Both the position numbers and the translations under genes were made by a program. 41,632 bases of DNA. Source: a virus (lineage: Duplodnaviria > Heunggongvirae > Uroviricota > Caudoviricetes). Below are positions 8,395 to 18,017 of this stretch, piece by piece; the first letter of the stretch is position 1; the number at the start of each line of letters is the position of its first letter. The notes under the pieces were generated by a model. The model searched no databases, was not told where the DNA came from, and worked only from the letters and a program-made list of their open reading frames with translations. Where the stretch lies: the IMG/VR virus record IMGVR_UViG_2579778554_000004, one strand, 5' to 3'.

Positions 8395-8847
8395 GGTTTT
8401 GTTCTCTATCTTCATCGCCTGCATTACTGCTGACGCCGTGGCGTTGGCTACCTGGTCGGCAACCATCTTTATGCGTTCTTCCTGCGGGAGCGAGTTTTTA
8501 ATGTAACTTCCGGTGCGGCGGATCTGAGGAAGAACCTCACCTGTAACCCATTTACGAAAGCGGTATGGGATAGTGCCTGGTGTCACCGCATCGCGGCAGC
8601 GGAGGATCAGTGTGTAGAGGCCTGACTCGGAGATAATGATCGATTCTTGCTCACCGCCAGGGGTGTCGGTTGAAGCGACGCCCTTCTCATCATCATCAAG
8701 TTTTCGAACAGCATCTCGATGGTTTGCTATGCCTATAGCCCGACAAACATCTGAAGCGATAAACCATGGCTCACCATTAATGACGATTACCCGTATATCG
8801 GCTTGAGATTCGAAAGAAAAAATGGACGTGCTTTTTGTAGCTGTCAT
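8152..8847 (-). CDS. Antirepressor-like protein, Bro-N/P22-Ant-type N-terminal domain plus shared C-terminal domain
   Basis: N-terminus IRVIVINGEPWFIASDVCRAIG typical of Bro-N/Ant; C-terminus identical to antA-like C-terminus. Confidence 0.8.
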   Translation of the reverse strand: MTATKSTSIFSFESQADIRVIVINGEPWFIASDVCRAIGIANHRDAVRKLDDDEKGVASTDTPGGEQESIIISESGLYTLILRCRDAVTPGTIPYRFRKWVTGEVLPQIRRTGSYIKNSLPQEERIKMVADQVANATASAVMQAMKIENKTYSAPLKPGYRSLIHSPSGVLGLTENSLLMNLLNQLQEDGHDVSGAAAELTTMFCYIVGVSKCLRDIQTHAEYINDKAGFF

Positions 8848-9131
8848 AGTGGTTACCTTTTAGTCTGGTTAATCACCACTACCGACGCCAATCGGTTGGT
8901 GGTGAACTGTGCAGGGTTGGCGTAACCGGCTAAAAGGACCCGGCGCACCTTTCGGTGCCCCCACACAGCCCACCATAATACGAATGTGGCCGTGCTATAC
9001 GCATAAAAAAACCGCTTGCGCGGTGAATGCGCCTTTTAGTAATCCGGGACGCCAATCCCGGCACTGGATTTTGCCAGTGCCCGATTACTATGGCACAAGA
9101 GGAGTGCGGTGTAAATTTACCGCAAAGGTAA
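8848..9131 (-). repeat. Right copy of duplicated structured leader, upstream of the bro-like gene
   Basis: Reverse complement of 6099-6384; operator TTACCGCAAAGGTAA at 9117-9131; terminator hairpin ACCGC-ttgc-GCGGT plus A-run 9005-9024. Confidence 0.75.
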
Positions 9132-9278
9132 TGATAGACACAGACAAACATTAAAATCAACCATATTTGGTTAATGTGTGTAAAAGAGCCAGCAGCGAGA
9201 AATTGTGCCGCGACGTAAAATAACGAGCATCTGCTGGCTTACAACCAGCGATGTTTCAAATTTGTCACTACTATCAAC

Positions 9279-9626
9279 GTGCCATTACACGGCGCAGAGC
9301 TTTATGTCGTCAATCACAACGGCGAACCGTACACCCCAATGAAACCTATCGTTGAAGGCATGGGTATGGTTTGGGCTGCTCAATTTGTTAAATTAAAACA
9401 GAGATTTGTCAAAGGTATTTCGGAAATCGAAATACCTTCTGCTGGCGGTAAACAGTTAATGATATGCCTTGCCTTTCGTAAGTTTGCGGCTTGGCTTTCA
9501 AGCATTCAGCCAAACAAAGTCTGCCCTGTAATCCGCGAAAGTATTGAAACATCAACCGTATCGATATCGACACGGTTGATTATGACGGTAACTTATTTCC
9601 GTGTGTACTATTTCTCCCGCCACTAA
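9279..9626 (+). CDS. Hypothetical protein, possibly a truncated antirepressor-like N-terminal domain
   Basis: 115-aa ORF; C-terminal 20 aa look like out-of-frame sequence; family assignment uncertain. Confidence 0.4.
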   Translation: MPLHGAELYVVNHNGEPYTPMKPIVEGMGMVWAAQFVKLKQRFVKGISEIEIPSAGGKQLMICLAFRKFAAWLSSIQPNKVCPVIRESIETSTVSISTRLIMTVTYFRVYYFSRH

Positions 9627-9923
9627 CTAATTATATTTGTCTTTAAAAATTTCATGGAATGATTGAGAGTAAGACTTGCCATACTTCAAATAACATTCTT
9701 CATCCAACTTTCTTAATGAACTTCGAACCTGTTCGTGGCATACAGCAAAAAAAACAAGTCCGCCGCCTATTAATACCCCTATTGATATTGGGTTCGCAAC
9801 ATCCCATAAAAAATCGGCTAACAGAGCAAATACCCCACCGCCGCCAATAAATGCCCCTATAGCTCGGTTCGTTTTAGCTTGCTCATAGCGTCTCTCTAAC
9901 TCACTAAACTCTTTAATATCCAT
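9627..9923 (-). CDS. Small two-TM membrane protein; candidate superinfection-exclusion or toxin-like factor
   Basis: GAGGTG RBS; two Gly-rich hydrophobic helices (GAFIGGGGVFALL, IGVLIGGGLVFFAV); AT-rich. Confidence 0.55.
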   Translation of the reverse strand: MDIKEFSELERRYEQAKTNRAIGAFIGGGGVFALLADFLWDVANPISIGVLIGGGLVFFAVCHEQVRSSLRKLDEECYLKYGKSYSQSFHEIFKDKYN

Positions 9924-10000
9924 ATAAGCACCTCTATAAAATTACTTCATCACCGGATCCACCTGGTTTATTAGTGGCGCAATCCAGAACAGATGTTTTA

Positions 10001-10849
10001 TTATTGTGAAGTTTTCATTGCACGATTTTCAGCTCTGAATTCAAGAACCGTTTCAATATTTCTTTCCTTCAGCATATCCATAACATTTTTATTCATTTGA
10101 CTATCACTGGTTAATAACTGATAAACGTTTCTTTTCTCTTTATCAGAATTTTCTTTAACAGCTGATTTGCATGACAAATGCTTATTGAAATTTTCTACAT
10201 CGCTAGTACATGAATTTACGGCTGCGGATGAAATATCAGACGCTGAAGAAACACCGTCATCTAAACGTTTTATAGCATTTTCTATACATGAGTTAAGGGA
10301 ATAAACGACAACTGAGCGATACCCTTCAGACGCACACCATTCTAAATTTCTTGAAGGATCGAGTGGTTTTACTTCGCTGGATTGAATTAACTTGTCAAAC
10401 ACTGACTTATATTCAATCTGTTTTTTATCTATAGCCCATACCTCAGTAGCTGATTTATAATGCCCAGTATGCTTATTAACATCAAACCCATGTTTTATAA
10501 GCAAATCTGCCCATGAAAGATTTATTGATTCATTGTTATGAGGCCATTTCCCTGTCAGAACCGCCCCCATAGACCCCATATATCCGCCATATGATGGTAT
10601 AGCACCATGGCTCAATAACTTCTCAGCAACCACAGGGCAATTAATTACATAGGAGACGTAAAGCCCATTCCATAAAGCCCCTCTATAGTAATCGCCGCGA
10701 TTAGGTTCTTTTAAGTCGATAGCCTTTGATAATTGTTCACACGTTTTGCATGCATCAAAGTTATCCTTATTGCATTGCAATGAACTGGCGGCTGTAGGAT
10801 TTACAGCGACTATTGAAAGCACAATGCCAAACAAATTTATTTTTTTCAT
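10001..10849 (-). CDS. Secreted protein with possible ankyrin-like repeats, AT-rich moron coupled to the late operon
   Basis: Signal peptide MKKINLFGIVLSIVAVNPTAASS; many Cys; start 1 nt after stop of the 1129-aa gene. Confidence 0.65.
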   Translation of the reverse strand: MKKINLFGIVLSIVAVNPTAASSLQCNKDNFDACKTCEQLSKAIDLKEPNRGDYYRGALWNGLYVSYVINCPVVAEKLLSHGAIPSYGGYMGSMGAVLTGKWPHNNESINLSWADLLIKHGFDVNKHTGHYKSATEVWAIDKKQIEYKSVFDKLIQSSEVKPLDPSRNLEWCASEGYRSVVVYSLNSCIENAIKRLDDGVSSASDISSAAVNSCTSDVENFNKHLSCKSAVKENSDKEKRNVYQLLTSDSQMNKNVMDMLKERNIETVLEFRAENRAMKTSQ

Positions 10850-10850
10850 C

Positions 10851-13800
10851 CTATTTCATCTGCTCTTCAACTTTATTCAGTAATGGTGATATCGCCCACA
10901 GGTTCTGAAAAGGTAGCATTTTACGGACCGCGTGGGTTTGCTGGCTGTCAAATTCTCCGTTAAGTACACCATTCGCAACCGTCGCGGCATCACCGCCAAG
11001 ATCAAAGGTAGGACCAAGTAAAGCACCAATAGCATTACGACTCTGAAACCTTGATACCGGAGGCGCACCAAACATCGCGCCAAGACCAAACCTACCGCCG
11101 CTTATGTTCTCAACGGTATTCAGCGGCTCAGAGAGCCAGCCAAGCATTCCGCCCCGGTCGATCCCCTCTTTCACAAGGTTATTCCAGCTGTAGTCGATAT
11201 CGCGACCGCTTAACTTCTGTTTCATCATATAGACCATTGAGCCAAGCGCAATCGTGCCAAGCGCACCAAGATAGAATGCAGCATCGCCCTGCTGGATACC
11301 AGATACCAGCACCCTGTTATGCTGTGCGAAGATAAACGTTTTGAACTGCGTGATCATCTTCCAGCCTTCTTTACTAAAAAACAGCGGTGTATCACCTACG
11401 CCAGGCGTTACAATCACTGAGTCTACATCTTTCAGCACTGCAGACTGGAAAATCTCTCTAGCGAAACGGTCATCCCACAGATGACTATGCCCGGTTAACA
11501 GCCCGTCCATATCCTCTCCGTGCTTCCCGAATTGCTCCCCGATTCGGCGCAGAACATCTTCATTGATGCCGACCTGTGCCATCTTCCGCATTTCACTTTT
11601 GGAGAGCGTGCCACCAGCAGAAACTTGGCGAGCCGCGTCAAGTATCCTCGACTGCACTATCATCCCAGACCATGATTTAAGTGCGCTGTTCCACTGATTC
11701 ATCAGCGTCCAGTTACCGAATTTCTGCGTCATCCAGTTCAGACCTCGCTCAGCGGCGCTTCTCCGGCTATAGGGGTCAGTAAGATCCGCTATAGCCTTTG
11801 TACGCGTAGACAGGACATAATCAAGCCCAACTGCCATTTCTCGCAAATCCCTGGTTGCAATTTTCACTGAGTCCATATTTTTAAGCATGCTTACCATTGG
11901 TCCGAGAGATTTTCTCAGGCCATGCTGCATCATCGGTCGCATCAGATCAGTTGCAGCGGAGACGGTCATTCCACCAAGCAAACGGAGGAAGTTAATATTC
12001 CTAGCAACTCGCCCGGCACGAACAAAGAAACTGCGTGGATCTTGAGGTGCGCCGTAAGTACCAAGCAGTCGGTCACGCATAGCCGTAATATCCCTAATAT
12101 CAGCCTCCCGTTGCTTCTCAAGAGCTGCACGTCGTTTAGGTGTTTTAGCCTCTTTTATTAGCCGGGTATATTCCTCACTAACCTGACGGATTTGCTCCCC
12201 CATATCTTTACGGCCAAACTGCGCAGTCAGCTCAATTTCTGGTGCCACCTGCCGGAGATAACTTTCCATGATGTAGTTAACATCTGATTCAAGAAAATCT
12301 TCTATACGCTCATCAGGAATAAGCAGCGTTCGGCTTTTAGTGAAACCAGCCCGACCAACGAGTCTCTCTGGGATAATATCGGCTGGTACAAGCCCGGAAG
12401 GTGCGCCTATTATTTTATTCACGATCTCGTCAGCAGCGTCCTCTGCTTCCTCTCGGGATAGAGGCTCCATCTGCTTCAGTGCTCGCTCGCGGCTTGCATT
12501 CAGCCTTGTGGTTGAATTTGCCCGTTTTTGCAGTCGGCGAAGCTCAGAACGATATTTCCGTGGATTATCCAGCAACTCCATATGGCGCTGATAGACAGGA
12601 AGCTCACTCTTTGCCTGCGCTATATCATCAAGGCGTGTTTTAAGGTCAGAGCTTTCTTTCATCATTCTTGCCTGAAGTTTTTCTGATGAAGTCTCGGCCA
12701 ACTCTTTTTCTATTCTTGTAAGACGCGCCTGTGTGTCAGTCTCCTGAGATATAAGCTTATTTCGTTTATCCAGTTCTTCCATGAGTAGAATTTTTTTACC
12801 AGACCATTTCTCCGCTTCAGCGATTTCACTAGCGAGAGCATCAGCGCGCGGTGCTGATTCCTCTGCAGTTTTTAGCAATGAATTTATCTTTTCAATTCGC
12901 TGACCTGCTTTGTCAGCACCTTTGGCACTAATCCCTTGTATCCAGTTGGCAATTCGCCCTCTGAATTCAGTGCGGTCGGAAAGTATCTTATCGAACTTAT
13001 AAATGCGGGGAAGATAACTCTTCGCCGTCACGACATCGATATCCTCAGGAAGGATCCCCAATTCCTGCATACGGGCTTTTGTGGTCTCAAAAATGGGGCG
13101 GATTCTGGCGGCTGCTTGTGAAACCTCAGGAATATCACTCTGATCACCACGGCGCATAGCCATGCCAACAGCTTCATTGAAATCAATAAAGTTCATCCTC
13201 TTCACGCCGCGGGCGCTGACAGATTTGCTGTACTGCTGGTAAGCATCACGAGTAGCTTCCATCTGCTTATAAAGCATGGCGTCGTATTGCTTAATCTTAG
13301 TCTCGACTGCCGTAAACGTAGCCAACCCCTCATCATTTTTGGCGAAGAAATAGTTATTTTCGGCAAGCTGCTGGTTAATCTGACGGGAAACAAGAGATGG
13401 TGATTGCGCCAAGCGGCCAGCAGGAGTGACACTCAACGTTTTGTTAGCAAGTCCAAGTCCAGCAAGCTGTTCCTGATCGAGTGTGGTATTGAAAACCTGA
13501 GCTGCACCAATGCTTTGAGGAGAATCCATACCTCGCAAATGATTACCTACTGAGTTAACCACTGCCTCGCGCGCGCTAGGTCCAGCAAGTAGCTGTGCAC
13601 CAGCACCAAGGATCCCACCAACGAGAGCATCAACAACAACGTTCGATACGCTCTCCATCGGTGAGCGAGCTTCCTGAGTGGCCTGCAATGCGGCCTCTGA
13701 AGCAACACTGCCAGCAGCATTGGCTAAAGCAAAACGTCCGGCTGTTTCTGCAATACGACCGCCACGAACGACAGCGCCGAACGGAATAAACATAGAAATC

Positions 13801-14240
13801 GCATTGAATGGATCTGCTAATCTCATTGCTACAGAAGAGACTGTACCAGCAAATCCCAAGCCTGAATTGTATTCCATGTCAGCTCTCTGCTGATCGATTC
13901 GATGTTTAATTGCCATTGTTTCTTCATGCGAACCGGAGTTGATAAACGAATCTGCAAAATCTTCATAGCCTTTAATATCTGCTGCATCGTTATCAAATGG
14001 GTTATATCCTTCAACCCTGTCAAACTGACTGAAAGGAGCACTGGCAATAAAGCTACCCAGCGTGTTATCTATACGAAATGCTGCTTGTCTAGACCTTTGA
14101 ACGCGTTGATCACTGGTAAATGGGTTCACAGCAGAAAGCAAAGAAGGTGTTTCCATATAGAAATTACTGTCATCAGGTGCTGCTATTTGCTGAATACCCT
14201 CGCCAAGCAACTCTTTAGGATCCTGTTCATATATCGGCAT
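10851..14240 (-). CDS. Internal virion/ejection protein (T7 gp16-like position), 1129 aa
   Basis: Size and position after the 915-aa protein in T7-like order; coiled-coil-rich centre. Confidence 0.8.
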   Translation of the reverse strand: MPIYEQDPKELLGEGIQQIAAPDDSNFYMETPSLLSAVNPFTSDQRVQRSRQAAFRIDNTLGSFIASAPFSQFDRVEGYNPFDNDAADIKGYEDFADSFINSGSHEETMAIKHRIDQQRADMEYNSGLGFAGTVSSVAMRLADPFNAISMFIPFGAVVRGGRIAETAGRFALANAAGSVASEAALQATQEARSPMESVSNVVVDALVGGILGAGAQLLAGPSAREAVVNSVGNHLRGMDSPQSIGAAQVFNTTLDQEQLAGLGLANKTLSVTPAGRLAQSPSLVSRQINQQLAENNYFFAKNDEGLATFTAVETKIKQYDAMLYKQMEATRDAYQQYSKSVSARGVKRMNFIDFNEAVGMAMRRGDQSDIPEVSQAAARIRPIFETTKARMQELGILPEDIDVVTAKSYLPRIYKFDKILSDRTEFRGRIANWIQGISAKGADKAGQRIEKINSLLKTAEESAPRADALASEIAEAEKWSGKKILLMEELDKRNKLISQETDTQARLTRIEKELAETSSEKLQARMMKESSDLKTRLDDIAQAKSELPVYQRHMELLDNPRKYRSELRRLQKRANSTTRLNASRERALKQMEPLSREEAEDAADEIVNKIIGAPSGLVPADIIPERLVGRAGFTKSRTLLIPDERIEDFLESDVNYIMESYLRQVAPEIELTAQFGRKDMGEQIRQVSEEYTRLIKEAKTPKRRAALEKQREADIRDITAMRDRLLGTYGAPQDPRSFFVRAGRVARNINFLRLLGGMTVSAATDLMRPMMQHGLRKSLGPMVSMLKNMDSVKIATRDLREMAVGLDYVLSTRTKAIADLTDPYSRRSAAERGLNWMTQKFGNWTLMNQWNSALKSWSGMIVQSRILDAARQVSAGGTLSKSEMRKMAQVGINEDVLRRIGEQFGKHGEDMDGLLTGHSHLWDDRFAREIFQSAVLKDVDSVIVTPGVGDTPLFFSKEGWKMITQFKTFIFAQHNRVLVSGIQQGDAAFYLGALGTIALGSMVYMMKQKLSGRDIDYSWNNLVKEGIDRGGMLGWLSEPLNTVENISGGRFGLGAMFGAPPVSRFQSRNAIGALLGPTFDLGGDAATVANGVLNGEFDSQQTHAVRKMLPFQNLWAISPLLNKVEEQMK

Positions 14241-16987
14241 TATTTGCCCCCTGCGTATATATTGCTCGGAAGGTAATTGGCTGAACCATAACCGAATGGT
14301 TTTGTCAGATCTGGAGGAGTATATCCATCTTTATTGCTGAACTGCGGCAGCGGATTGCCTTCTCTCCGCACTCTAGCCTCATCAACACGCTGTTGCTGGA
14401 ACTGAATGGTTTGCCTGTACATTGGAGATGTCAGCTGATCCGGCTTGAAACGAACAGGGAGACCATTTTCTCCAATATAATTTCTCGGTTCTATCGCTCC
14501 GTTTGCGTCAGGCTGTAAAACCATAACAGCATAACTCCTATCCCTTGCCGTAAGGCCATCAGAAACAAGTATTAAGTCCGTATCACTGCGAGGACCGCCA
14601 AAGGATTTTGATTTAAGCTCGCGTTTTTCCTGCTCCCACTGCCCCTGTATCCAGTTACCAGCACCATTATTTACTCCGTACAATGCCTCAGGTGCATACT
14701 TCATAACCTCTGCTTTGCCATTAACCGTAGAAACTCCCCAAGTGGTTCTGATCATGGCATTGGTCATTTTCTCAGCCTGTTCTGCATCGCCACCTGTCTG
14801 TACAAAGTTAGCATCGTAAATTGTCTGGTAATCTCGCTGATAGGCCGCATTTGATTTTCCTGGATCGGTAATATCCGGAGACCACGAACCAAAGGAAGTC
14901 AGACTGCTGGCGTTATTTTGTGCAGCAGTTGCCCTCGCCGCGACATATTTTTTGTCTCGCATGGCAGTGGAAAGCATCTGTTTCATTCGGTCATCCTGTT
15001 GGAACACCTGGCTGTAAGCCATATCAACAGCCTTATCCTCCGGCACGCCAGCGCGGGAATAATCGTAAACCTTGCCGTAAAATGCCATCGTACTTTTATC
15101 AAGTGTTGCCGCTGCCGCCGGATTATTATCGAATAACTGACCGTAGAATTTTGCCATCGGGACAACCAGCGCAGGATCTCTTGATGTCGCTCCACTGTTA
15201 AGCATTGTTTTAATCTGAGTTGGTATCATGCCGCTTTTAGTTGTGACGGTGACCAGTGTATTGATGCTCTGCGGATCAGATATGGAAAACGAAGGCGCGA
15301 TATCCTGCGCGAAATAACGGTCTACCGCTGCCTGATTGTTTTTGTCGTTCGGGTCCAGCGGGAAGTTATTTTGCATTGAAGACACGAACCTGTTTCTTCC
15401 CTGCTGAATCTCCCACTCCCTATCCATCTCTTTAAATTTGGCCTGCATTTTCTCCCAGCGTTGCTGGTTAGCTGCAAATCCAGGAGCGTTTGGATCCTGT
15501 GGACGTAAACGTTCAAGAATGTCTTGCCGTCCTTCTGGAGTGAGGTCTTTAGCGGCACCAATGACACCTCCATATTGTATCTGCGCCTGCATATCCTTCC
15601 ACTTCATAGCGCCAATGCGCGGACCATTGGCCCGGATAAAATCGTCCTCAGAAGGTAACTTCTCAGGTTTCAATCCTTCATCAAGGGCTGAATATGCATC
15701 TTTAACTACGGTGCTAAGCTGGTCCGCATACTGCTGGCGGTACTGATTTCTCAGCTCATTAGCCTGCCTCAATGCCTGTATTTGCATTTGAGGGCTCATA
15801 GCATCAAATGCCGCATTGCCCGTATAACGCTTAGGTGAATCAAGGTTAGTTAGACCAAGGGCTGCCGAGATACCAGTTTCAAGCTGTTCGGTGCTATAAG
15901 GCATACTGCCATTTTCGTGTTTAATAATCCCAGCACATAAAGCAGCTAGTGTCTTTGGGTTAGAGATATCAAGCTGATCATTCTCCCCAACACCAAGCTC
16001 ACCACACAATGCCCTAATATAAGCATCAGTATTATTACCATCACTAGCCGGAGCATAGCGATTAACAATCTCGCTAACGGTGTCATAGCCTTGACGCTGG
16101 TAAGACAACATATTTTTACCCAACGCGCGGATTCCATGCTCAGGGGTAGCAAACGTTGCAAAACGTCCATCGCTACCGATCTGACCTTCCCACGGGTTAG
16201 ATTTGCTCGCTTCAATATTACCGGGGTTATTATTACGTAAACCACGAGCATCCAATGAATTACCATGTGATATTGCACGACTCACACCATCAAGATCCCC
16301 TGGCTCTCCATTAACCTGAAGAAACTCGTTGTATTTTTGAGCGATATTTCCTATCCATGCTTGCTGCCCCATTTGTTCCTTGAGCTGAGTTTTCTGCTGA
16401 ACACGCCACTCATCAGGAAGCCCATGCGCATCAGCGTATTGATCAATAGATTCAAATCGCTGCTTGGCTAAATCGACAAATGCTTGGTTATCGCTATATA
16501 GCCCCGCAGACTGAGTGACAGCCAATGCATTTCCTGACAAATACGTTTGATCTTGGAATTGCTGAAACTGCCCAACTTCATATCGACGTGCCTGATTGTA
16601 ATAAGACTGCATAGACTGCTGGAGTTGAAAGGATAATTTATTCCTTTCCTCACTTTCAGGAATTGAGCCTAATAATGCCTGAGCCCTTTCCTGCATATTT
16701 TTCATAACAGCGTCACTCTGACCAAGAGCGTTTTTACCCTGTTTAGAAATCAGCCCATTTTCAGGGTTGTTAATCTGGTCATCTGCAAATTGGTTAAATT
16801 GCAGTAACGCCTCCTGGGCCATAGCAACATTCGCTTTCTGCCTGGCTTCACCATATGCCACCGCATACTGATCTGCGACATTCGCCAGCACCTGACCTGC
16901 TTGAGGAACATCGAAGGTCTGAAAACCACCGGTTTGCACACCACGACTTTGCACCTGGCGTCCGGATGTAGTAGGAACAACAGGCAT
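14240..16987 (-). CDS. Internal virion/ejection protein (T7 gp15-like position), 915 aa
   Basis: Size and position; start overlaps upstream gene stop. Confidence 0.8.
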   Translation of the reverse strand: MPVVPTTSGRQVQSRGVQTGGFQTFDVPQAGQVLANVADQYAVAYGEARQKANVAMAQEALLQFNQFADDQINNPENGLISKQGKNALGQSDAVMKNMQERAQALLGSIPESEERNKLSFQLQQSMQSYYNQARRYEVGQFQQFQDQTYLSGNALAVTQSAGLYSDNQAFVDLAKQRFESIDQYADAHGLPDEWRVQQKTQLKEQMGQQAWIGNIAQKYNEFLQVNGEPGDLDGVSRAISHGNSLDARGLRNNNPGNIEASKSNPWEGQIGSDGRFATFATPEHGIRALGKNMLSYQRQGYDTVSEIVNRYAPASDGNNTDAYIRALCGELGVGENDQLDISNPKTLAALCAGIIKHENGSMPYSTEQLETGISAALGLTNLDSPKRYTGNAAFDAMSPQMQIQALRQANELRNQYRQQYADQLSTVVKDAYSALDEGLKPEKLPSEDDFIRANGPRIGAMKWKDMQAQIQYGGVIGAAKDLTPEGRQDILERLRPQDPNAPGFAANQQRWEKMQAKFKEMDREWEIQQGRNRFVSSMQNNFPLDPNDKNNQAAVDRYFAQDIAPSFSISDPQSINTLVTVTTKSGMIPTQIKTMLNSGATSRDPALVVPMAKFYGQLFDNNPAAAATLDKSTMAFYGKVYDYSRAGVPEDKAVDMAYSQVFQQDDRMKQMLSTAMRDKKYVAARATAAQNNASSLTSFGSWSPDITDPGKSNAAYQRDYQTIYDANFVQTGGDAEQAEKMTNAMIRTTWGVSTVNGKAEVMKYAPEALYGVNNGAGNWIQGQWEQEKRELKSKSFGGPRSDTDLILVSDGLTARDRSYAVMVLQPDANGAIEPRNYIGENGLPVRFKPDQLTSPMYRQTIQFQQQRVDEARVRREGNPLPQFSNKDGYTPPDLTKPFGYGSANYLPSNIYAGGK

Positions 16988-17553
16988 CAGTAACCTCCTA
17001 TTTTGAATCGGGAGTCAGAATTCATAAAACCTGAGTTAGATAACATTGGCGTGTTTCCTTGCTTACTAATCGGATTGATACTTCCGCTACCCAACTTATA
17101 TGCACCGTATGCTTTTAGTGGTGCCGTTAACAAAGTGCTGGTCATCGATGATTTAGCAGCCGACTGAGCAGCAGCCCCCTGTGCCTGAGCATTCATTCCC
17201 TGAACCTGATACCCATATGCCTCACGCTGAGCATTATTCACTGTCGTTAACGCATCAAGAGTGCCGAACTGAGCATTATCCGCAAAAACGTCAAGAGCTG
17301 TTCCGCTACTTAATTCCGCACCGGTAGCCCCCATAGTGGCCGCCGCAGTGCCTGAGCGTTGACGCATTTCACGACGACGCTGATCCGCTTCAATATTCCC
17401 ACGATTGATTGAATCCTGTGCCTGAGCTTCAGCAATTTCAGCATTCCGATCAGCTATGGCTGACTGGTATTTTGCCTGCTTGCTCTGGCTGTACATTGAC
17501 GCGGCTGTGGATGCCACTGTGACGGCAACCAAAGCGATGGCTGGGTTACACAT
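16987..17553 (-). CDS. Internal virion protein (T7 gp14-like position), 188 aa
   Basis: Ala/Gln-rich small protein with hydrophobic N-terminus; translationally coupled. Confidence 0.65.
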   Translation of the reverse strand: MCNPAIALVAVTVASTAASMYSQSKQAKYQSAIADRNAEIAEAQAQDSINRGNIEADQRRREMRQRSGTAAATMGATGAELSSGTALDVFADNAQFGTLDALTTVNNAQREAYGYQVQGMNAQAQGAAAQSAAKSSMTSTLLTAPLKAYGAYKLGSGSINPISKQGNTPMLSNSGFMNSDSRFKIGGY

Positions 17554-18017
17554 TATTTTCTCTCCATGTGAAATCTGTGGAAATTAAGACCAAGAGCACC
17601 ATAAGGCGCGGCTTCTTCAAGCCTGAATCCAAGCCAGTGCAGCCATGCTTTGGCAACATGGTTTCGCTCGTCGACATAGTTTTCCAGGCGCGGATAAACT
17701 GCCAGCATCTGCTGCAATACAGGGCGGCAGTGGCGAAGAAATGTCTTCTGATATTTTTCGATGCGGCTGGTTCCGACCAGCCAGGGCGTACCATTGCCAC
17801 CGATCATTGACGCCGGAGATACGCCAAACATGGTTACCAGTTCTCCGTTCGCAAATCCTGACCAGGCCATAGTCGCAGTACGCAGACCAACACGCAGCGC
17901 ATCTTCGGTAGTCATCAGTGATACCGCATACAGTTCGTCAATATCAGCCTGACGAACATCCGGCAAAATCATCTGAAGATGCTCTTCGGTTGCGGGAATA
18001 ATTTGAACATCGATCAT
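17553..18017 (-). CDS. Internal virion protein (T7 gp13-like position), 154 aa
   Basis: Position between tail tube B-like and gp14-like genes; coupled start and stop. Confidence 0.6.
   Translation of the reverse strand: MIDVQIIPATEEHLQMILPDVRQADIDELYAVSLMTTEDALRVGLRTATMAWSGFANGELVTMFGVSPASMIGGNGTPWLVGTSRIEKYQKTFLRHCRPVLQQMLAVYPRLENYVDERNHVAKAWLHWLGFRLEEAAPYGALGLNFHRFHMERK

Noticed and set aside
6099-9131. Programmed invertible segment (Mu G or P1 C type) downstream of the tail gene
   Set aside because: No serine invertase gene is present, the repeats are not at tail-fibre coding junctions, and each copy carries its own promoter and operator; only passive homologous inversion remains possible.
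14240-16987. Possible muralytic domain in the 915-aa internal virion protein (RNNNPGNIE...FATFATPEHG region)
   Set aside because: The motif only vaguely resembles cell-wall hydrolase domains and no catalytic signature could be confirmed by eye.
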